59,738 nucleotides of DNA from a virus (IMGVR_UViG_3300032227_001215:1-59738); one strand, 5' to 3'; positions 10,798-20,062 are shown, counted from the stretch's first letter. Numbers and translations are program-made. Notes: generated by a model from the sequence alone, not told the origin.

Positions 10798-12540
10798 GTG
10801 ACTAGTACAGTAACCAGTTATCTTTCTAAAATCAAACAAAACTTTCCAGTAAAGGGGCAGTACAACGACGCACAGGGTTTTAGAGATAACTTTCACAATA
10901 TTCATGAAGCAACTAGATATGTGAATGAAAATGTAGACCTATTGGATCAAACCACTATAAAAACCAATACCACTTCGACATTTGGTGGTAATACAATAGA
11001 CTCGGCTAATTTTAAAAATTGTTCAACGGAAGTTTATTCTTACGCACTACAAACCGATGTTATTAATATAGACTATTCATTAGGAAGTTATCAGCAATTT
11101 GATCTCAGTTCCGGGTTACACAATTTATACGTAGAAAATTGGCCCGGCACCGGAAAATCTGGAAATTTAAAATTATCAGTTACTCCAGCAGACGAATCCT
11201 ATACTGCCATAAACTTCGTAGGAACTACCGATTTAGGACCCGTAAATAATCCTTATCAATTAACAGCAGGTATTGCCAATATTTTTGAATTGTTTAGCGA
11301 ATCGAACACCGGTCCTATATTTATTAAACAACTTAATGATTATGTGTTTGACGGTAACACAACTACCAATACAGTATGGTTTAAAAACTTAAAAATTGGA
11401 ATTTTAAATAATTCAAGGGATACAAATACATTTAACACCGGAACTAATCGTACCACTGTAATGAGAAATTCTACTTCTAGTGGTGCGTTGGCATTAATTC
11501 CAAATCGCATTACCAAACGTGTAGTTAGAATTACTACAACAAACCCTCCTACATTAGAACTCGACAATGTTTCGGATATAGAAAGATTTTCCACTTTTAA
11601 TCTTTCAACTGGAAGCAAAACCACATATACTGTAAACTCTATTGCTAATAGTACTATTACAATAGTCCCGAATGATATAAATTGGACTCGTACTGTAAAT
11701 CCTAACGATTTAATTACTTTTACAAATCCAACATTTACAGAACAAGAAACGGTTGTTACACTATCTCCAACTCCTGCTAATACTGCTACAGGAACTTATA
11801 CTAATTACATAGGATCTATCTATGCCAATAAACATAAATTAGAAGTAACCTATGATGATTACGGAAATGGTGTTACCAATACCATGCGTTTAACAACCAT
11901 GGTCACCACAACACAGGTTACTAATACCAGTACCGATTTAGTTAGTGCTCAGTTTGTTCACAGTATACTGCCGTATGGTAGTATTATCATGTGGTATGGC
12001 ACCGTAGAAACTATTCCTGCAGGATGGGCATTATGCAACGGAACAAACGATACTCCTAATCTTGTTGATAGATTTATTGTAGGCGCAGGGTTTGATTATG
12101 TATTTGCCGGCAATTCTAATTTTCAGGCTGCTACAAACATCATGGGAACTGCATATGCAATAGGTGGTAGCTCTTCTACTGTTCTAGTAAACCATACTCA
12201 CGCAGCAGTAATCAGCCCAGCCAAATTTGATATCAGTCACGACGGGTTAGTTAATGATCCCGGTCACCATCATATTGTACCTAGCCTAGTTCAAGATGAT
12301 GCCGATAACAACGGGGCAAATGGAGTAGAGTACGGTGCTGTTGAACCAAACGGACGTAAAACCAGCACTTCAACAACAGCGATAACATTAGCTGCTCACA
12401 AAGATGTAACTATTCCCGGAGGTCCTGTGGCTATTGAATCGACTGGTATTTCTGAGTATTCACATACTAACATACCACCGTTCCATGCTGTTTGCTACAT
12501 TATGAAAATTACTGGATTTGGAATAACCGGCACACTATAA
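10798..12540 (+). CDS. Baseplate/short tail fibre protein with tail collar domain, copy 2
   Basis: Full-length paralog of 8941..10692 with the same motifs and upstream ATAAATA. Confidence 0.8.
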   Translation: MTSTVTSYLSKIKQNFPVKGQYNDAQGFRDNFHNIHEATRYVNENVDLLDQTTIKTNTTSTFGGNTIDSANFKNCSTEVYSYALQTDVINIDYSLGSYQQFDLSSGLHNLYVENWPGTGKSGNLKLSVTPADESYTAINFVGTTDLGPVNNPYQLTAGIANIFELFSESNTGPIFIKQLNDYVFDGNTTTNTVWFKNLKIGILNNSRDTNTFNTGTNRTTVMRNSTSSGALALIPNRITKRVVRITTTNPPTLELDNVSDIERFSTFNLSTGSKTTYTVNSIANSTITIVPNDINWTRTVNPNDLITFTNPTFTEQETVVTLSPTPANTATGTYTNYIGSIYANKHKLEVTYDDYGNGVTNTMRLTTMVTTTQVTNTSTDLVSAQFVHSILPYGSIIMWYGTVETIPAGWALCNGTNDTPNLVDRFIVGAGFDYVFAGNSNFQAATNIMGTAYAIGGSSSTVLVNHTHAAVISPAKFDISHDGLVNDPGHHHIVPSLVQDDADNNGANGVEYGAVEPNGRKTSTSTTAITLAAHKDVTIPGGPVAIESTGISEYSHTNIPPFHAVCYIMKITGFGITGTL

Positions 12541-12541
12541 A

Positions 12542-12784
12542 ATGTTTCATCCACTACTCGACAATCCTACTAAACTGAAAGATCAAGAATTAGAAAATAA
12601 AATACTCGATCTGACTAGAAAATATCATATAGCAGCCAGTATGGGACAAGGAATGATTTGTCAACAGGTAGTTATTATATTAGAAACACTAAAAGAAGAA
12701 CAAAATAAAAGACAGCAGGAAACAATGAACTCTGCAATGAAGAAACAAAACAAAGACCTAGACGATTTAATAAATGTTGACTAA
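12542..12784 (+). CDS. Hypothetical helical protein
   Basis: Tightly packed ORF, coiled-coil-like sequence. Confidence 0.75.
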   Translation: MFHPLLDNPTKLKDQELENKILDLTRKYHIAASMGQGMICQQVVIILETLKEEQNKRQQETMNSAMKKQNKDLDDLINVD

Positions 12785-13331
12785 TCATATTGAAAGTTTT
12801 TCCTGGCCCGCAGACATAACCTGTACTCTTATTACAGAGAAATTGATACTTCCTAATCATTATTCCATTAGAATAGGAGTAGAACCAAACAATTCTGAGT
12901 CAACTGACGTTAATTTAGGACTTAAAAAAGTCAAATATTTTATTGCCAACTATCTAAATAATGGGTTGATTATTAATCAGTCTAATCCGTTAACCGAACT
13001 GACTGTAAATTTAGACACCAATATAATATTGTTGCCTTGCGAACCGTATGATTATTTCATTGCTGCTATACTGTATAACAAACTTTCTGCCATTGCTGAA
13101 AAATATTTTGATATTGGATATCTCAGTCTTGACAGCCTCATAGGCGATCGTGTAGAATATACCATTATAGAACTGGACTCGGCTAATCTCGTTATGGACG
13201 GCGACCTATGGTGGAATCAAGATTCTGTGGACACAGGAATTGGCGATGCTCCAAGCTGGGAAGATCTCAATTTCCGAGATAAACCAAAATTTTCTCCCAA
13301 AATTATACAAGGCGGACTGAGTGAAGACTGA
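12774..13331 (+). CDS. Hypothetical protein, possibly a degenerate PTPS/QueD-like T-fold
   Basis: Overlaps both neighbours; weak pattern resemblance only, no catalytic His set. Confidence 0.6.
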   Translation: MLTNHIESFSWPADITCTLITEKLILPNHYSIRIGVEPNNSESTDVNLGLKKVKYFIANYLNNGLIINQSNPLTELTVNLDTNIILLPCEPYDYFIAAILYNKLSAIAEKYFDIGYLSLDSLIGDRVEYTIIELDSANLVMDGDLWWNQDSVDTGIGDAPSWEDLNFRDKPKFSPKIIQGGLSED

Positions 13332-13833
13332 CCAATACGGCAGAGTTGAACTTACTGAACAGGAAATTGTTGACTCGTTATATAACAAAACCATACTCAA
13401 TCTCAAAGGAATTTACATAGATCATCCTGATCAATTTAATGCTGCTGTAAAAACCAACGCAGATAATATAGATTTACTACATACTCTCCCCAAAGAAACG
13501 GTCAGTATACAGGAATTTGATCAAGGGTTACAGCAACAATGGTTTATGCCTGCAGAATACAAAAATTTTGAAATCGTTGGATTTTTGCTGGATCAAACTA
13601 CCAATGAAATGGAATATCAAAGAGTGGTCGAGGAATTAGAATTATTCTATCAACATGACATGATAGATCTGTTGCGATATCTCAAATATCTCGTAGATAC
13701 TATGAAAGAAAACAATATCGTATGGGGTGTGGGCAGAGGCAGCAGCGTAGCCAGCTATTGTCTATATCTTTTAAATGTTCATAGGATCAACAGTGTTAAA
13801 TACAATTTAGACATTCGAGAATTCTTTAAATAA
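13321..13833 (+). CDS. Short DNA polymerase III alpha (DnaE)-like fragment
   Basis: RVVEELELF...WGVGRGSSVASYCLYLLNVHRINSVKYNLDIREFF matches the DnaE GxGRGS region; only 170 aa. Confidence 0.8.
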   Translation: MKTDQYGRVELTEQEIVDSLYNKTILNLKGIYIDHPDQFNAAVKTNADNIDLLHTLPKETVSIQEFDQGLQQQWFMPAEYKNFEIVGFLLDQTTNEMEYQRVVEELELFYQHDMIDLLRYLKYLVDTMKENNIVWGVGRGSSVASYCLYLLNVHRINSVKYNLDIREFFK

Positions 13834-13844
13834 GGAGAAATAAA

Positions 13845-14141
13845 ATGGTCTATAGAACAATGCAAGGTCGAGAAATTGATCTAGAAAAATTAATCAGACA
13901 AAATGAATTAACACCCGCAATAGGAAATACTCGTGTAAATGCTCGTGGAGATGAACTAGGACCGGGTGGTAAGATCATTCGTAGTAGAGAAGAAATTGTT
14001 AACGAATATTACGAACCAAATATTGTTAAACGAACACCAACAGAGACAACAGAATCTCCCCCAGAATCTGCAGTACCTGAATATTACGAAGGGCTGGATC
14101 AGCCACGTCCGGTTATTAAAACTAAAAAAATAGAGGAATAA
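13845..14141 (+). CDS. Hypothetical protein
   Basis: Strong RBS TAAGGAG before the ATG. Confidence 0.8.
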   Translation: MVYRTMQGREIDLEKLIRQNELTPAIGNTRVNARGDELGPGGKIIRSREEIVNEYYEPNIVKRTPTETTESPPESAVPEYYEGLDQPRPVIKTKKIEE

Positions 14142-14480
14142 ATGAAAGTTAGAGGCACAGTTAGACCCTTACATGACAAAGTTTTTGTTGTTGATATGGA
14201 TTTTGGCGAACAACGTACAAATAGTGGAATTGTTGTATTAAAGGACGACGGACAAAGTCGAGGAATATATCCACGCTGGGGTCGTGTATGGGCTGTCGGA
14301 CCAGAACAGAAAGAAGTAAAGATTGGCGACTGGGTGTGTGTAGAACACGGTCGTTGGACCAGAACTGTAGAAGTTGAATTAGAATCCGGGGAAGTCCTCG
14401 AATCACGCATGATAGACAATGATGCTATCATGATGACCGCCGATGAAAAACCCAGCGATGTACTTAGAGCAATTGGTTAA
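14142..14480 (+). CDS. groES: Co-chaperonin GroES (Cpn10)-like protein
   Basis: VRPLHDKVFV, TNSGIV, GRVWAVGP, VKIGDWV motifs. Confidence 0.85.
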   Translation: MKVRGTVRPLHDKVFVVDMDFGEQRTNSGIVVLKDDGQSRGIYPRWGRVWAVGPEQKEVKIGDWVCVEHGRWTRTVEVELESGEVLESRMIDNDAIMMTADEKPSDVLRAIG

Positions 14481-14489
14481 CAAATACTG

Positions 14490-14519
14490 TTGACATGTTA
14501 ATAAATCCCATGTTATTAT
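14490..14519 (+). promoter_or_regulatory. Sigma70-type promoter TTGACA-18-TATTAT with extended -10 TG
   Basis: Consensus-like boxes in the intergenic gap before 14526. Confidence 0.55.
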
Positions 14520-14525
14520 AACAGC

Positions 14526-14771
14526 ATGGGATTCAAAAAAAACTGGGATGTGGCCTACATCCTCCGACAAATACATTCCGCTGCTAGAGAATGCAGCAGT
14601 CCATACAACGACGGCTTTAATCAATGGGAAATCAAACAGGATCTGTACATGATCCAGGAAACCATCGACGAGGCCTTAAACCGCTGCTCAACCTTTGGCG
14701 ATACTGAAGAACGCTGGCTTAAAGATCGCGAGCAGAAAAAAATTATCAAACTACTCAAGGATGAAAAATGA
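14526..14771 (+). CDS. Hypothetical protein
   Basis: ORF after the promoter, ATGA-coupled to the next gene. Confidence 0.75.
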   Translation: MGFKKNWDVAYILRQIHSAARECSSPYNDGFNQWEIKQDLYMIQETIDEALNRCSTFGDTEERWLKDREQKKIIKLLKDEK

Positions 14772-15088
14772 TAATGAAATTTAGACGCTGGCTGAGAAAC
14801 TGGATAAACTGGATCATGTCAGTTGAAGACGAAGACGAAAATTCAACCAGGGCTACTGTGGGCAGAAGAGGCAGGGTAATAGGCACAATGTCCGATAGAG
14901 ATGATGTGTTGGACGGACATCCAATGCGTCTCAATGTTTATCGTGCCGCCGGCGGTGTTGTTATCGAAGCAAGAACATATGATCCGCAACGTGATCGTCA
15001 TCATCAATCTCTGCATGTGATCACACATGATCAAGACTTGGCCACAAGTTTAGACAAGATCATTACTATGGAAAGTCTGCGTGGCTGA
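14768..15088 (+). CDS. Hypothetical protein
   Basis: Translationally coupled ORF. Confidence 0.75.
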   Translation: MIMKFRRWLRNWINWIMSVEDEDENSTRATVGRRGRVIGTMSDRDDVLDGHPMRLNVYRAAGGVVIEARTYDPQRDRHHQSLHVITHDQDLATSLDKIITMESLRG

Positions 15089-15233
15089 TAACACTTGCAA
15101 AATCTGTAAAAAACCGTATAATGTTAACTGTGATTATAAACAGGGGCGTTGTCCCCACCATCCACCACTAATTGACATTGAAAAAATCTTAAACTGGCTA
15201 CAGGGAAAAAATGGCAAAAGAACTTTGGACTGA
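15081..15233 (+). CDS. 50-aa Cys/His-rich (Zn-finger-like) protein not in the ORF track
   Basis: GTG start; MADNTCKICKKPYNVNCDYKQGRCPHHPPLIDIEKILNWLQGKNGKRTLD; bridges the gap and overlaps both neighbours. Confidence 0.6.
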   Translation: MADNTCKICKKPYNVNCDYKQGRCPHHPPLIDIEKILNWLQGKNGKRTLD

Positions 15234-16134
15234 ACGATATCGCCCGAAAACTGTTGACGGATATGTATTCCGAGACGAATCGCAAAAGAGACAAGTTCAA
15301 ACTTGGATCAAAGATCAATCAATTCCTCATCTACTGTTAAGTGGTAGCCCGGGCATTGGAAAGACCACACTGGCAAAACTGCTGTTAAATGAAATTGGTA
15401 TTGAAGATTTTGATCTACTGGAAATCAATGCCAGTAGACAACGCGGAATCGACGAAGTTAAAAATAGGATTACTAACTTTATCAGCATGATTCCATTTGG
15501 GCCGTTTAAGGTTGTGTTGCTGGATGAGGCAGACTTTCTAACCCCGGAGGCGCAGGCTGCTATGCGTGGTGTCATGGAGGAATACTCTAATACCAGCAGA
15601 TTCATTCTTACTTGTAATCATCCTAACAAAATTATTCCTGCTATTCACAGTAGATGTCAGCAGATGCACTTTGCATCCATTGATCAAATCGAATTCACTG
15701 CCAGAGCTGCTACTATTCTGGTAGAAGAGAAAATTGAGTTTGATCTCGATCTACTTGATACATATGTCAAAGCCACTTACCCAGACCTTCGTAAGTGTAT
15801 TAATCTGCTACAGCAAAACAGCATTGAAGGTGCTTTGATCAATCCTAAACAGGAAGATAGTGGCATTAGTGATTATCGTATTGAAATGATTGAACTGTTC
15901 AAGCAGGGTAAGATACAGGCTGCTCGTAAACTTCTGTGCGGTCGTGCTCGTCCGGAGGAAATGGAAGATATCTATCGGTGGATGTATACCAACCTAGATC
16001 TATTTGGCAGTACTGAAGAGCAAAAGGATTCGGCATTGCTGGTCATTAAACAAGGGTTAGTCGATCATGTAATTTGTGCCGATTCGGAGATTAATCTTGC
16101 GGCTGTTTTGGTAAAATTGTCTCGATTACAATAA
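15211..16134 (+). CDS. Clamp loader ATPase subunit (RFC small subunit / T4 gp44-like)
   Basis: LWTERYRP, Walker A GSPGIGKT, LEINAS, Walker B LLDEAD, SRC motif. Confidence 0.92.
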   Translation: MAKELWTERYRPKTVDGYVFRDESQKRQVQTWIKDQSIPHLLLSGSPGIGKTTLAKLLLNEIGIEDFDLLEINASRQRGIDEVKNRITNFISMIPFGPFKVVLLDEADFLTPEAQAAMRGVMEEYSNTSRFILTCNHPNKIIPAIHSRCQQMHFASIDQIEFTARAATILVEEKIEFDLDLLDTYVKATYPDLRKCINLLQQNSIEGALINPKQEDSGISDYRIEMIELFKQGKIQAARKLLCGRARPEEMEDIYRWMYTNLDLFGSTEEQKDSALLVIKQGLVDHVICADSEINLAAVLVKLSRLQ

Positions 16135-16177
16135 AAAATCGCACAGCCGATTTGCAGGTCGACGCTGTGCGATTTTT
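16134..16177. terminator. Bidirectional intrinsic terminator between the convergent clamp loader and phoH genes
   Basis: AAAAATCGCACAGC...GCTGTGCGATTTTT inverted repeat. Confidence 0.75.
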
Positions 16178-16204
16178 CTTCGGGTTATAAATTAATAATA
16201 TCTA

Positions 16205-16951
16205 CTAAGCAGCCTCCTTGTAAATACCAAGAATTTCTCTAACCACAGGATGACGTTCTACGTCTCTTGTCTCAAACCTTGCCATCGCAACCATACGATA
16301 ATCACCCCCTTGGCCGTATAGTTCGCAAAATTGTAGCAAGCCGTTCTCCTTAGGACGGTCCGCTTGATTCAAGTCCCCTGTAACTACCATTCGGCTTCCT
16401 TCGCCTAATCTAGTCAACAACATCTTCATCTGGCTGGGTGTAGCATTTTGCATTTCATCGGCTATAATGAAAGCATGTTTAAATGTACGACCCCTCATAT
16501 AGGCCAACGGTGATATTTCAATAACACCATCCCCCATCATATCAGCAATCTCTTTTGGATGATAATACTCCTCGAAAACGTCCATTATTGGTCGTGTCCA
16601 CGGCTCCATTTTTTGATTCAGTGTGCCTGGTAAGAAACCATGCTCCTCATCTACGCTTACAGCTGGCCGTGTAATAATAATTTTACTTATCATCCCCTCT
16701 TTATACAACTTGATTGCCATTTGAACAGCCAACATAGTCTTGCCTGTGCCTGCTGGGCCCACAGCAAATACTATATATTTTTTGGGATTTTTTAGCAGTT
16801 CCAGATAAGTTTCTTGACTGAGATTTCTCGGAATTATCTGTACCTGTTGAGTTCTCTTAAGATATGGCTTGATTGGAATCAAGTTAGTTTTATTGTTAAC
16901 AAAGCGTGGATCATTTTCTGATCCGTTTTCTCTTCTTCTAGCTTTAGGCAA
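16205..16951 (-). CDS. phoH: PhoH-family ATPase
   Basis: GPAGTGKT, TRPAV, GFLPG, YMRGRT, DEMQN, GDLNQ, RHPVV motifs; TTG start at 16951 after a GGGAGG RBS. Confidence 0.93.
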   Translation of the reverse strand: MPKARRRENGSENDPRFVNNKTNLIPIKPYLKRTQQVQIIPRNLSQETYLELLKNPKKYIVFAVGPAGTGKTMLAVQMAIKLYKEGMISKIIITRPAVSVDEEHGFLPGTLNQKMEPWTRPIMDVFEEYYHPKEIADMMGDGVIEISPLAYMRGRTFKHAFIIADEMQNATPSQMKMLLTRLGEGSRMVVTGDLNQADRPKENGLLQFCELYGQGGDYRMVAMARFETRDVERHPVVREILGIYKEAA

Positions 16952-17052
16952 TTTTAACCTCCCTTTCGTGAAGATCGACCTGCATAGGTATTTACACAAA
17001 CCAAATAAAAACTACTCTAAATAGCCAGTATATCAATAACAGGATCAAAACA

Positions 17053-17060
17053 TATAAATA
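17053..17060 (+). promoter_or_regulatory. T4-like late promoter TATAAATA
   Basis: Exact consensus 13 nt before the 17074 ATG; would drive the operon containing the lysis genes. Confidence 0.65.
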
Positions 17061-17073
17061 CTCGATAAAGAGA

Positions 17074-17613
17074 ATGCCTATGCACCATGATATCGTTGAT
17101 GTAGTTAAAAATCTACAAACTCTAGGAGAGAATAATGATGCCTTTCGAGTTCTTAAGGACTTTGAACGTGTTATTGATGAACTAGATGTTTATGTGTTCA
17201 AGAATTGGGAGGAGGGAGAACTCTGCCGTGGCCCCTTTGTGAATCGTTATACAGTGAAATGCACATTCATGTGGGACCGTGCAGAAATGCCCGATCCGGC
17301 AGGTGGACGAAGATTAAATGATTATGGATGCCGTGTGACCTATGCCAAAGAACACATATTGGTTCCACGTAAAATTAAAGACCCAAGTGATTTCCGTCCA
17401 GGTACCAAAAAGGGAAAAATTGATGCTCATCCTATTTGGACAGTAACTATAGAAATGCCTAAGAAACTCATGCAGGATATCTATATAGGAAAGGAAAATC
17501 AAGAGAATAATCAAATGGCTGAGCTAATGCGCTATCATAATACAGCAGCACCGGCCACAGACGAAGTAGCACAGGAGGCTCCAGCTGATGCAGAAGAATC
17601 GACAGAAGTCTAA
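17074..17613 (+). CDS. Hypothetical protein
   Basis: 179-aa ORF after the late promoter motif. Confidence 0.8.
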   Translation: MPMHHDIVDVVKNLQTLGENNDAFRVLKDFERVIDELDVYVFKNWEEGELCRGPFVNRYTVKCTFMWDRAEMPDPAGGRRLNDYGCRVTYAKEHILVPRKIKDPSDFRPGTKKGKIDAHPIWTVTIEMPKKLMQDIYIGKENQENNQMAELMRYHNTAAPATDEVAQEAPADAEESTEV

Positions 17614-18346
17614 TCTAAACGAAGGTCTCCGTAGCGGAGATCTACACGAGCAAGTCAGTGACCTCTTTACCATCGATCAATACAAGAGCAAAATGGGCGA
17701 GGATCAAGATGTTGTAGTCCTTGGGTTTCGAGTTAAAGAAAAACATCCTGCTATGGATTTAGTGGAATTCATTGAAAAGGGATACCCTTTTATACTGGAT
17801 GCAGACATGAGTGCCGGTGAAGAACACGACGGTCAGTATCAAGTATTTGTAGAAATCCCTAGAACCCAAGAACTACCCGGCCAAATGCGAGAACTATTAA
17901 ATGGTGTTGGCCAACTATGTGATAGCCATGATTGGCGTTTTAGATATCAAAAGGCTCCTATCAGTGTAGAATTTACAGAAGAAAGCATACTTGAACATAT
18001 TCCCATGTCTGCCGAAGAATATGAATCTAAAATATTAGAAATCAAAAATGACGATGTAAGAGATTTCTTCGATCAAGGCAGCACAGAAGTAACACTAGAA
18101 CACGACAATACACTGATTTTTAGCAAGCCATATGCTGGCCCCATCGAAGCCAAATTCATTGCTATCGGTGATTACGAAGCAGTTGCAGACACTGTTCCGG
18201 GTCGATTAAGCCTTGATGAAAGCAGTCAAAGCCAATGTTTATTTTTAACTAAATATCTAGGCAAATACGATATTGATAAAATTGGCAACAAGTTTTTAAT
18301 TCGCAATGGCGATCGAGCTGTAGTCATAGAAAAAACAAGGTGGTAA
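17588..18346 (+). CDS. Hypothetical acidic protein
   Basis: 252-aa ORF overlapping the previous gene. Confidence 0.8.
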   Translation: MQKNRQKSNLNEGLRSGDLHEQVSDLFTIDQYKSKMGEDQDVVVLGFRVKEKHPAMDLVEFIEKGYPFILDADMSAGEEHDGQYQVFVEIPRTQELPGQMRELLNGVGQLCDSHDWRFRYQKAPISVEFTEESILEHIPMSAEEYESKILEIKNDDVRDFFDQGSTEVTLEHDNTLIFSKPYAGPIEAKFIAIGDYEAVADTVPGRLSLDESSQSQCLFLTKYLGKYDIDKIGNKFLIRNGDRAVVIEKTRW

Positions 18347-18349
18347 TAC

Positions 18350-18958
18350 ATGTGGCAAATAGAATGGATGATTAATTTACTCCCAACCTGGATATTTCAA
18401 TTTATCACGGTATTGGGTATTGTATTGTTGGTAGGATCTCGATTTCTTAAAAATGTTCCATTTTTTAGTCAATACAACCTGCCTGCATATTTGCTAGGTA
18501 TAGTGATTACTACACTCGGGGTTTACTACGGCGGAGTTCGCAGCGGCGATGCAGCATGGCAGGCAAAAATCAAAGCCGTGGAAGAACAAGTTAAAGTAGC
18601 AGAAAACCAAAGTAAATCAGTAAATACTATTATACAGACTCAAATAGTGGAACGAGTTAAAATTGTAAAGGATACAAAAAATGCCAATAAAGAAACTGCA
18701 AAACTCATTGCCCGTCAGCTGGATGATCGTTGTGTCGTGCCTGAGTCTACAGTCGTGCTCATCAACAATGCCAGTCAAAATGAAGTGGCCCGAAGTCCCG
18801 CCAGCGCTGATGGAAGTGCCTCCAATGTTAGAGCAAGTGACATCGTCGAAACCGTTGTCGAAAACTACGGACGCTACAACGAACTCAGAGAAAAAGTAAT
18901 TGGGTGGCAAAACTGGTATTTAGAACAAAAGAAGATATTCGAAGGGTCTAATCGATGA
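18350..18958 (+). CDS. Inner-membrane spanin (Rz-like)
   Basis: N-terminal hydrophobic segments followed by a coiled coil; directly upstream of the endolysin; contains an embedded lipoprotein ORF. Confidence 0.7.
   Translation: MWQIEWMINLLPTWIFQFITVLGIVLLVGSRFLKNVPFFSQYNLPAYLLGIVITTLGVYYGGVRSGDAAWQAKIKAVEEQVKVAENQSKSVNTIIQTQIVERVKIVKDTKNANKETAKLIARQLDDRCVVPESTVVLINNASQNEVARSPASADGSASNVRASDIVETVVENYGRYNELREKVIGWQNWYLEQKKIFEGSNR
18681..18899 (+). CDS. Outer-membrane lipoprotein spanin (Rz1-like), embedded in the +1 frame
   Basis: AAGGA RBS, basic N-terminus, lipobox-like LQSC, then Pro-rich WPEVPPALMEVPPML. Confidence 0.65.
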   Translation: MPIKKLQNSLPVSWMIVVSCLSLQSCSSTMPVKMKWPEVPPALMEVPPMLEQVTSSKPLSKTTDATTNSEKK

Positions 18959-19578
18959 GCGATTTTATTTTAACTCAACAGCAATTGGCACAACTGATTC
19001 CCAACAATGACTATGTTGATCATTGGCACGGTGCCATGGAAAAATGCTTGCCCGACTATGACATTAATACCCCTCATCGTGTTGCTGCTTTTGTAGCGCA
19101 ATGTGCCCACGAAAGCGGAGGATTTCGATTTATCAAAGAAAATCTAAACTATCGTGCCGAAAGTCTCAGACGAGTTTGGCCTAGATATTTTAAAGATCTT
19201 GCCACAGCACAACGATATGCACACAAGCAAGAAGCCATTGCCAATCGTGCGTATGCCAATCGCATGGGCAACGGTCCCGAAAGCAGCGGGGACGGATATC
19301 GTTATTGCGGAAGAGGATTAATTCAACTTACCGGACGCAATAACTATCAAGCATTTGCCGACAGCATTGAAACCAATATCAATGACATACCAGAATACTT
19401 GGCAACATTTGAAGGAAGTGTGCAGTCAGCTTGTTGGTTCTGGGAAACCAACAACCTAAACAAATGGGCCGATCTTGGCGATATTGTAACACTAACAAAG
19501 AAAATCAATGGTGGAACGATGGGACTGGCGGATCGACAAAAACATTACGAACATGCATTGCATGTATTAGGAGTATAA
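18955..19578 (+). CDS. Glycoside hydrolase family 19 endolysin
   Basis: AAFVAQCAHESGGF, ENLNY, YCGRGLIQLTGRNNY, SACWFW, TKKINGG. Confidence 0.9.
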   Translation: MSDFILTQQQLAQLIPNNDYVDHWHGAMEKCLPDYDINTPHRVAAFVAQCAHESGGFRFIKENLNYRAESLRRVWPRYFKDLATAQRYAHKQEAIANRAYANRMGNGPESSGDGYRYCGRGLIQLTGRNNYQAFADSIETNINDIPEYLATFEGSVQSACWFWETNNLNKWADLGDIVTLTKKINGGTMGLADRQKHYEHALHVLGV

Positions 19579-19579
19579 A

Positions 19580-20062
19580 ATGTCCGTAGAAGAATATGAA
19601 AAAATGAGTCAGTCTGAACAGAAGAAAGAAGACTGGATGAACAGCAAATGGCGTCCTGCCATGGGCTGGTTATATCTTGTGGTATGCTCGGCCGACTTTG
19701 TAGTGTTTCCTATATTATGGAGTGTACTACAGGGTATGTTCCATGGCACGATTAATACACAATGGCAACCACTGACATTGCAAGGTGCAGGACTGTTTCA
19801 TATTGCCATGGGTGCTATCATTGGTGTAGCAGCATGGGGTCGTACACAGGAAAAATTAGGTGGAGCAAACAATGGGGGAATTCAACTACCAGCAAATATC
19901 GGAACAACATATCAACCCCCAGGAATGCCGCCTGCACCAGTAGCTTCAGCACCAACAGTGACTCCAGTTGCTTCAATGCCAGTAGCTGCGCCTTCCCCGG
20001 TAACCACAACCGGGTTTGGTGGACGACTTGGACCAATTCAACCACCGCAGCCAATCATTTAA
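19580..20062 (+). CDS. Putative holin (GTA 3TM-holin-like)
   Basis: WRPAMGW followed by TM segments and GRTQEK; adjacent to the endolysin. Confidence 0.65.
   Translation: MSVEEYEKMSQSEQKKEDWMNSKWRPAMGWLYLVVCSADFVVFPILWSVLQGMFHGTINTQWQPLTLQGAGLFHIAMGAIIGVAAWGRTQEKLGGANNGGIQLPANIGTTYQPPGMPPAPVASAPTVTPVASMPVAAPSPVTTTGFGGRLGPIQPPQPII

Larger units (their letters stand above)
8837..12540 (+). repeat. Diverged 1857-bp direct tandem duplication (8837-10693 and 10694-12540)
   Basis: aagaactcaat...caataaatagttattaatagtaggatctatgttgtg occurs at both 8837 and 10694; the two GTG starts are offset by 1857. Confidence 0.95.

Noticed and set aside
10540-10905. Minus-strand ORFs 8863-9048 and 10540-10905 with similar translations
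   Set aside because: The similarity simply reflects the tandem duplication of the plus-strand gene
15095-15122. TTGCAA-16-TATAAT promoter-like sequence before the clamp loader
   Set aside because: Suboptimal spacing, and it lies within the Cys-rich 15081-15233 ORF, so it may be coincidental; not called
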